Assembly: GCF_006345805.1 (NCBI RefSeq)
Contig: NW_021826545.1
Coordinates: 1 to 13,001, forward strand
Origin: Octopus sinensis
Taxonomy: Eukaryota
Reading direction: 5' to 3'
DNA length: 13,001 nt
The notes under the pieces were generated by a model. That model was given only the letters and a program-made list of their open reading frames with translations. It was not told the origin of the DNA and searched no databases. The translations under genes and the position numbers were made by a program. Of the stretch, positions 8,965 through 13,001 are shown piece after piece (position 1 is the stretch's first letter; each line of letters starts with the position of its first letter).

Positions 8965-9335
8965 TGCCGCACTTGCTCTTACCTCTCCAACACCACCCGC
9001 CTCACTAGCACCCACCATCGACCCTATCCCATCATCCACTCCTTCACCTGCACCTCCAGCAATATTATCTATTGCATCTCTTGCTCTCTCTGCAACTCCT
9101 TGTACATCGGGACAAACGGGACGCCGCTTGGCTGACCGGTTCGCGGAACACCTTCGTGACATCCACCTTGCGAACGACACACCGGTCTCACGCCATTTCC
9201 GCTCCACCGGTCACTCCTTGCAACACCTATCTGTGTTCGGTTTGTCCTTACACAGAGGCCATCCGGATTCCCGTTTGCGCCGTGAACAGGAATTAATCTT
9301 CTCTCTTCGCTCTTATACGCCATTTGGTCCTCAAC
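8965..9335 (+). pseudogene. Penelope-like retroelement C-terminal Cys-rich linker plus GIY-YIG endonuclease, with two +1 frameshifts
   Basis: Frame 1 from 8965 reads CRTCSYLSNTTRLTSTHHRPYPIIHSFTCTSSNIIYCISCSLCNSLYI. There is an extra G at 9109-9111. Frame 2 then reads GQTGRRLADRFAEHLRDIHLANDTPVSRHFRSTGH...RLRREQELIFSLRSYTPFG. There is an extra C at 9329-9330, then LN. This matches the PLE EN signature FxCxSxNxIYxIxCxxC...YIGxT.R....R..EH...HF....H...E...I..L....PxGLN. Confidence 0.92.
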
Positions 9336-9700
9336 TCTCCCCCCCTCCTCATCTAACCTCACCCCCCTCCTCACCTATCCTTTCTTCTCTCCCCCCGACC
9401 CTACTTCTTCTCCTTCATCCTTCATCCTTTCACCCCTACTCCCCTTCCCTTCTTCCCTCTTTTCCCTCCTCTTCCCCTTCCCTCTGCTCCCTCACTCCCT
9501 CTCTCCACCTCCCTCTCTCCCCTTCTCTCTCCCCTCATCCCCTTCCTTCTCCCCCATCCTCTCCTCCGTCCCCCCTTCTCCTCCCCCTCTCTCTCCCTCC
9601 CCTTCTCCCTCTCCCCCCTCTTCTCCTCCCCCCTCCCCCTCTTCTCCCCCTCCCCCTCCCCCTCTTCTCCCCCTCCCCCTCTTCTTCTCCCGTCCCCTAC
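9336..9700. repeat. About 360 bp polypyrimidine (CT/CCT-rich) tract
   Basis: Almost purely C/T on the plus strand, with many runs of 3-6 G on the minus strand. Confidence 0.95.
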
Positions 9701-9737
9701 ACCACATGACTTTACACATCACATCACATATGATGTG

Positions 9738-9990
9738 CCATACTAATACACACACCAAACTAATACATACTAATACGTACTATACATACTAGTACATACA
9801 ATACTTACACCAACCCTATACATACACACGTCCAGACCCCGCATACGCACTTATATTATACTCTCTCTCACACCCACCACCACACACCTATACATACCAA
9901 TACGTACTAATACATACTAATACATACTAATACATACACCAACCCCATACATACGCACGTCCAGACCAATCTTACGCACTAATACTCTCT

Positions 9991-10021
<31 letters not shown>

Positions 10022-10087
10022 CCCTTTATACATACTAATACATACACCAACCCTATACATACACCATCAGACCCCTCCCACGCACTT
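9738..10087. repeat. Minisatellite: TACATACTAA 10-mers within three higher-order units
   Basis: ACACCAACCC(T/C)ATACATAC...CAGACC...ACGCACT recurs at 9807, 9936 and 10044 (spacings 129 and 108 bp). Confidence 0.85.
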
Positions 10088-10259
10088 TTAGCTGGTCCTC
10101 AACCCATTTATCAACCCTATTATCTCCCTTATTTCGCTCTCGCGTCTCATGTTTGATCTTTGACCTCTGGCCGAAATCAGATCGCCATGTTGATTCGTTA
10201 GCTACTGCACACATTTTTTTCTCTCCTTCTTTCTGTCTGTGTTTTTCTCTCTCTGTGTA

Positions 10260-10297
10260 TCTTTCTGTTGAAGAGCGTAGGCTCGAAACGTTAAAGA
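10260..10297 (+). ncRNA. Hammerhead-like motif, minimal type I with variant core (CUGUUGA-A), probably impaired
   Basis: Stem I TCTTT(10260-64)/AAAGA(10293-97); CTGTTGA-A (10265-72); stem II GAGC-gtag-GCTC (10273-84); GAAA; loopless palindromic ACGT (10288-91); triplet GTT. Confidence 0.55.
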
Positions 10298-10395
10298 CTT
10301 GTTTTATTTTATATTTCCTGAGCGCCATACTAATACAATTGTTCGTTTGTTTCCACCTGCCTTCGTCTTTTGTTTATTTTCATAAAGCTTCCCTT

Positions 10396-10407
10396 ATATA
10401 TATATTA

Positions 10408-10464
<57 letters not shown>

Positions 10465-10487
10465 TATATACACATATATATATATAC

Positions 10488-10576
<89 letters not shown>

Positions 10577-10630
10577 CAGATAGATACATATATATACATG
10601 TATATATGTATATACACATATCTGTATATA
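10396..10630. repeat. Long (TA)n microsatellite with CA/TG interruptions
   Basis: Directly visible. Confidence 0.97.
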
Positions 10631-10800
10631 CAATGGGCTTCTTTCAGTTTCCGTTCACAAAATTCACTCACAAGGCTTTGGTTGACCCGAAGTTACATTA
10701 GAAAACACTTGCCCAAGGCACCACGCTGAGGAACTGAACCCGGAACCCGGACCCATGTGGTTGAGAATCATACTTCCTTACCACCCAACCACGCATGCGC
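10631..10800 (-). mobile_element. SINE family B, 5' half
   Basis: GGGCTTCTTTCAGTTTCCG...CTCACAAGGCTTTGGTTGACCCG...CACTTGCCCAAGG...CTGAACCCGGAACC is the reverse complement of 1560-1700. Confidence 0.86.
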
Positions 10801-10874
10801 GTAGAGTTAATAATTTGGAAGAAAAATATCTGAAAACTAATGTTTTGTTTTCATTATTCGTGATTTATTCAGAA

Positions 10875-11022
10875 TATACATTCACATACATACTTCCATA
10901 CACGCATATATATACGTCTACACACATCTAAGTACACACACGCACGCATATATATGTACACACACAACACACACACACACACAACACACACACAACACAC
11001 ACACCACACACACCACACACAC

Positions 11023-11071
<49 letters not shown>

Positions 11072-11092
11072 TCATATACACCGCATATACAC
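10875..11092. repeat. Compound (CA)n/(TA)n tract
   Basis: Directly visible. Confidence 0.92.
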
Positions 11093-11164
11093 ATTCTTGT
11101 TATTGTTGTTGTAGTTAACACTATCAGCCTGATTAACATAATCTCTTCACCTGACACCCCAGCC

Positions 11165-11210
11165 TCACTCTGCCCACATTTTCAGTCTCTCCCATCTTTT
11201 AGTATCATCG

Positions 11211-11274
<64 letters not shown>

Positions 11275-11382
11275 TATCATCATCATCGTCGTCGTCGTCA
11301 TCGTCATCACCATCTTCATCATCTTCATCGACATCATCATCATCATCATCAACATCATCATCATCTTCATCATCTTCATCGA

Positions 11383-11428
<46 letters not shown>

Positions 11429-11450
11429 TTCATCGTCATCATCGTCATCG

Positions 11451-11503
<53 letters not shown>

Positions 11504-11525
11504 TTCATCGTCATCATCGTCATCG

Positions 11526-11557
<32 letters not shown>

Positions 11558-11751
11558 GTCATGACCATCATTATCATCATCATCATCATCGTCATCATCA
11601 TCAACGTCATCATCATCATCAACGTCATCATCATCTTTACCTTTACCTTCGTCATCATAACCATCATCATCCTCATTTTCCTTATCATTTTCATCACCGA
11701 CTTCATTATCACTGACGTCGTGGTCGACGTCATCGCCACCTTTATCATTAG

Positions 11752-11794
<43 letters not shown>

Positions 11795-11977
11795 GTCATC
11801 ATCAACATCGTCACCGTCGCCCTCTGCATCACTGCCGTCTCCATCACCATGACCAGAGAATGAGGAACTATACACCGCCGTACAGTAACAAGTCATTCTG
11901 TTATAAACAGTCATTTGTGGAATGGGGAGTTTTTTTTTTAACAAAAACAGCTGGAAATTACTTTGCCGTGACGTCAA
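11165..11977 (-). CDS. Possible Asp-rich low-complexity ORF or exon (unverified)
   Basis: 270-codon open frame, mostly Asp, with a mixed segment ([39 protein letters not shown]). May be only a trinucleotide repeat. Starts at a non-ATG codon. Confidence 0.2.
11204..11854. repeat. About 650 bp imperfect (ATC)n/(GAT)n trinucleotide tract, phase preserved throughout
   Basis: Directly visible. Internal higher-order duplications have 51 bp (11311/11362) and 75 bp (11427/11502) periods. Confidence 0.97.
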
Positions 11978-12033
11978 AGGGTCTTGTTTGTTAAATCTAA
12001 TATATTAGTTATTTCCCTTGACTCCCCCCTCTC

Positions 12034-12308
12034 TGTATGTATATATATATATATATATATATACATATCTATATATATATATACATATATATATATACAC
12101 ACATATATATACATATACATATACATATACATATATGTATATATATATACATATATATAGTACTATATATATACATATATATATATATACATACATATAT
12201 ATATGCATACATATACATATATGTATATATATATATATATATATACATATATATATTTATATAACACACATTATATTACATATATATATATATACCCACA
12301 CACACACA

Positions 12309-12345
<37 letters not shown>

Positions 12346-12405
12346 TATATCTATATATATATATATACCTATATATATACCTATATATATATGTGCGCGT
12401 GTGTA
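12034..12405. repeat. Compound (TA)n/(TACA)n/(CA)n tract
   Basis: Directly visible. Confidence 0.95.
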
Positions 12406-12671
12406 TGTAGCGGTGTTGGTGGCGATGGCGGTAAAGGAAGAAATAGGGGGTAAGAAATGGCGGCTAGAAGGGAGTTAGGTGGGGGTAACTTTCCTACAGT
12501 GTAATAGGTTAACTAGTGTTATTTCAGTGATTTGGGTTCTCCCGATTCTTGGCACTTTGCCTTCGCCAATTTGCAAAGATGCAAACCAAACTTCCCTCCA
12601 ACCATTTCTGCCTTATTACAGTGCACCGCCAAAACTGACGCCAATTCCCTGCGCTCAGTGCATAATACAAG

Positions 12672-12829
12672 CACTACCACCACCACACCATTAATGCTGC
12701 TGCTGCTACTACTACTATTACTACTACTACTTGTGGTAGTAGAAACATTAATGATGGTGGTTGTGGTAGTAGAGGCAGCAGCAGTAACAGTAATAGTAGC
12801 ACTAACGTTAATGGTGGCAGTAGTAGTAA

Positions 12830-12886
<57 letters not shown>

Positions 12887-12912
12887 CAGCAGCAGCAGCA
12901 GCAGTAGTAGTA
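12672..12912. repeat. Mixed trinucleotide tract with strand-polarity switch (imperfect inverted repeat)
   Basis: (ACC)(GCT)(ACT)n up to 12730, then (GGT)(GCA)(GTA)n from ~12735. Confidence 0.9.
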
Positions 12913-12923
12913 AAAGTGACATG

Positions 12924-13001
12924 AATTAAGTACCAGGCTTTAAAAAAACTGAGTTACTGCGGCTGAGCCCTTCAACTAAAATTATTCAAGACGGTGCCCC
13001 A
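12924..13001 (+). mobile_element. SINE family B 3' fragment, cut by the window end
   Basis: AAGTACCAGGCTTTAAAAAAA...CAACTAAAATTATTCAAGACGGTGCCCCA aligns with 1865-1930 and 6727-6795. Confidence 0.7.

Larger units (their letters stand above)
8965..10395 (+). mobile_element. 5'-truncated Penelope-like element (EN, repeat-rich 3' region, terminal hammerhead-like segment)
   Basis: EN remnant and hammerhead-like motif lie on the same strand in the order expected for a PLE. The unique segment ends at a (TA)n run starting ~10396. Continuity across the internal repeats is inferred. Confidence 0.62.

Noticed and set aside
9336-9709. Proline/leucine/serine-rich C-terminus of the 193-aa ORF as an extensin-like protein
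   Set aside because: Read-through into a CT-rich tract caused by the frameshift at 9329-9330. The real domain ends at GLN.
8698-10353. 13-bp inverted match GAAACAAACGAAC (8698-8710) / GTTCGTTTGTTTC (10341-10353) as an inverted terminal repeat
   Set aside because: It does not extend on either side, is low in complexity, and about one such match is expected by chance in 13 kb.
11182-11863. Poly-Met (minus) and poly-Ile (plus) ORFs
   Set aside because: Alternative frames of the same (GAT)n tract with implausible composition.

Overview
Eukaryotic, AT-rich, very repeat-dense window that looks intronic or intergenic. The SINE families and microsatellite load resemble Octopus-type cephalopod genomes (inference from recognition, not a database search). 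No host protein-coding gene can be supported, and most ORFs in the track are microsatellite translations. Supported content: (1) eight tRNA-derived SINE copies or fragments from about three families; (2) a decayed IS630/Tc1/mariner transposase at ~1992-2689; (3) a 5'-truncated Penelope-like element (PLE) at ~8965-10395 with a Cys-rich linker and GIY-YIG endonuclease broken by two single-base insertions, a repeat-filled 3' region and a terminal hammerhead-like motif; (4) a separate, structurally complete minimal type I hammerhead ribozyme fold at 7733-7801 next to an AATAAA, plus a half hammerhead-like motif at ~839-878 on the minus strand; (5) a ~650 bp (GAT)n-derived tract inside a 270-codon Asp-rich ORF; (6) local duplications at 8013-8964 and a fold-back trinucleotide tract at 12672-12912. 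The most interesting signal is three sequence-unrelated hammerhead-type cassettes within 10 kb, each with a palindromic stem III.
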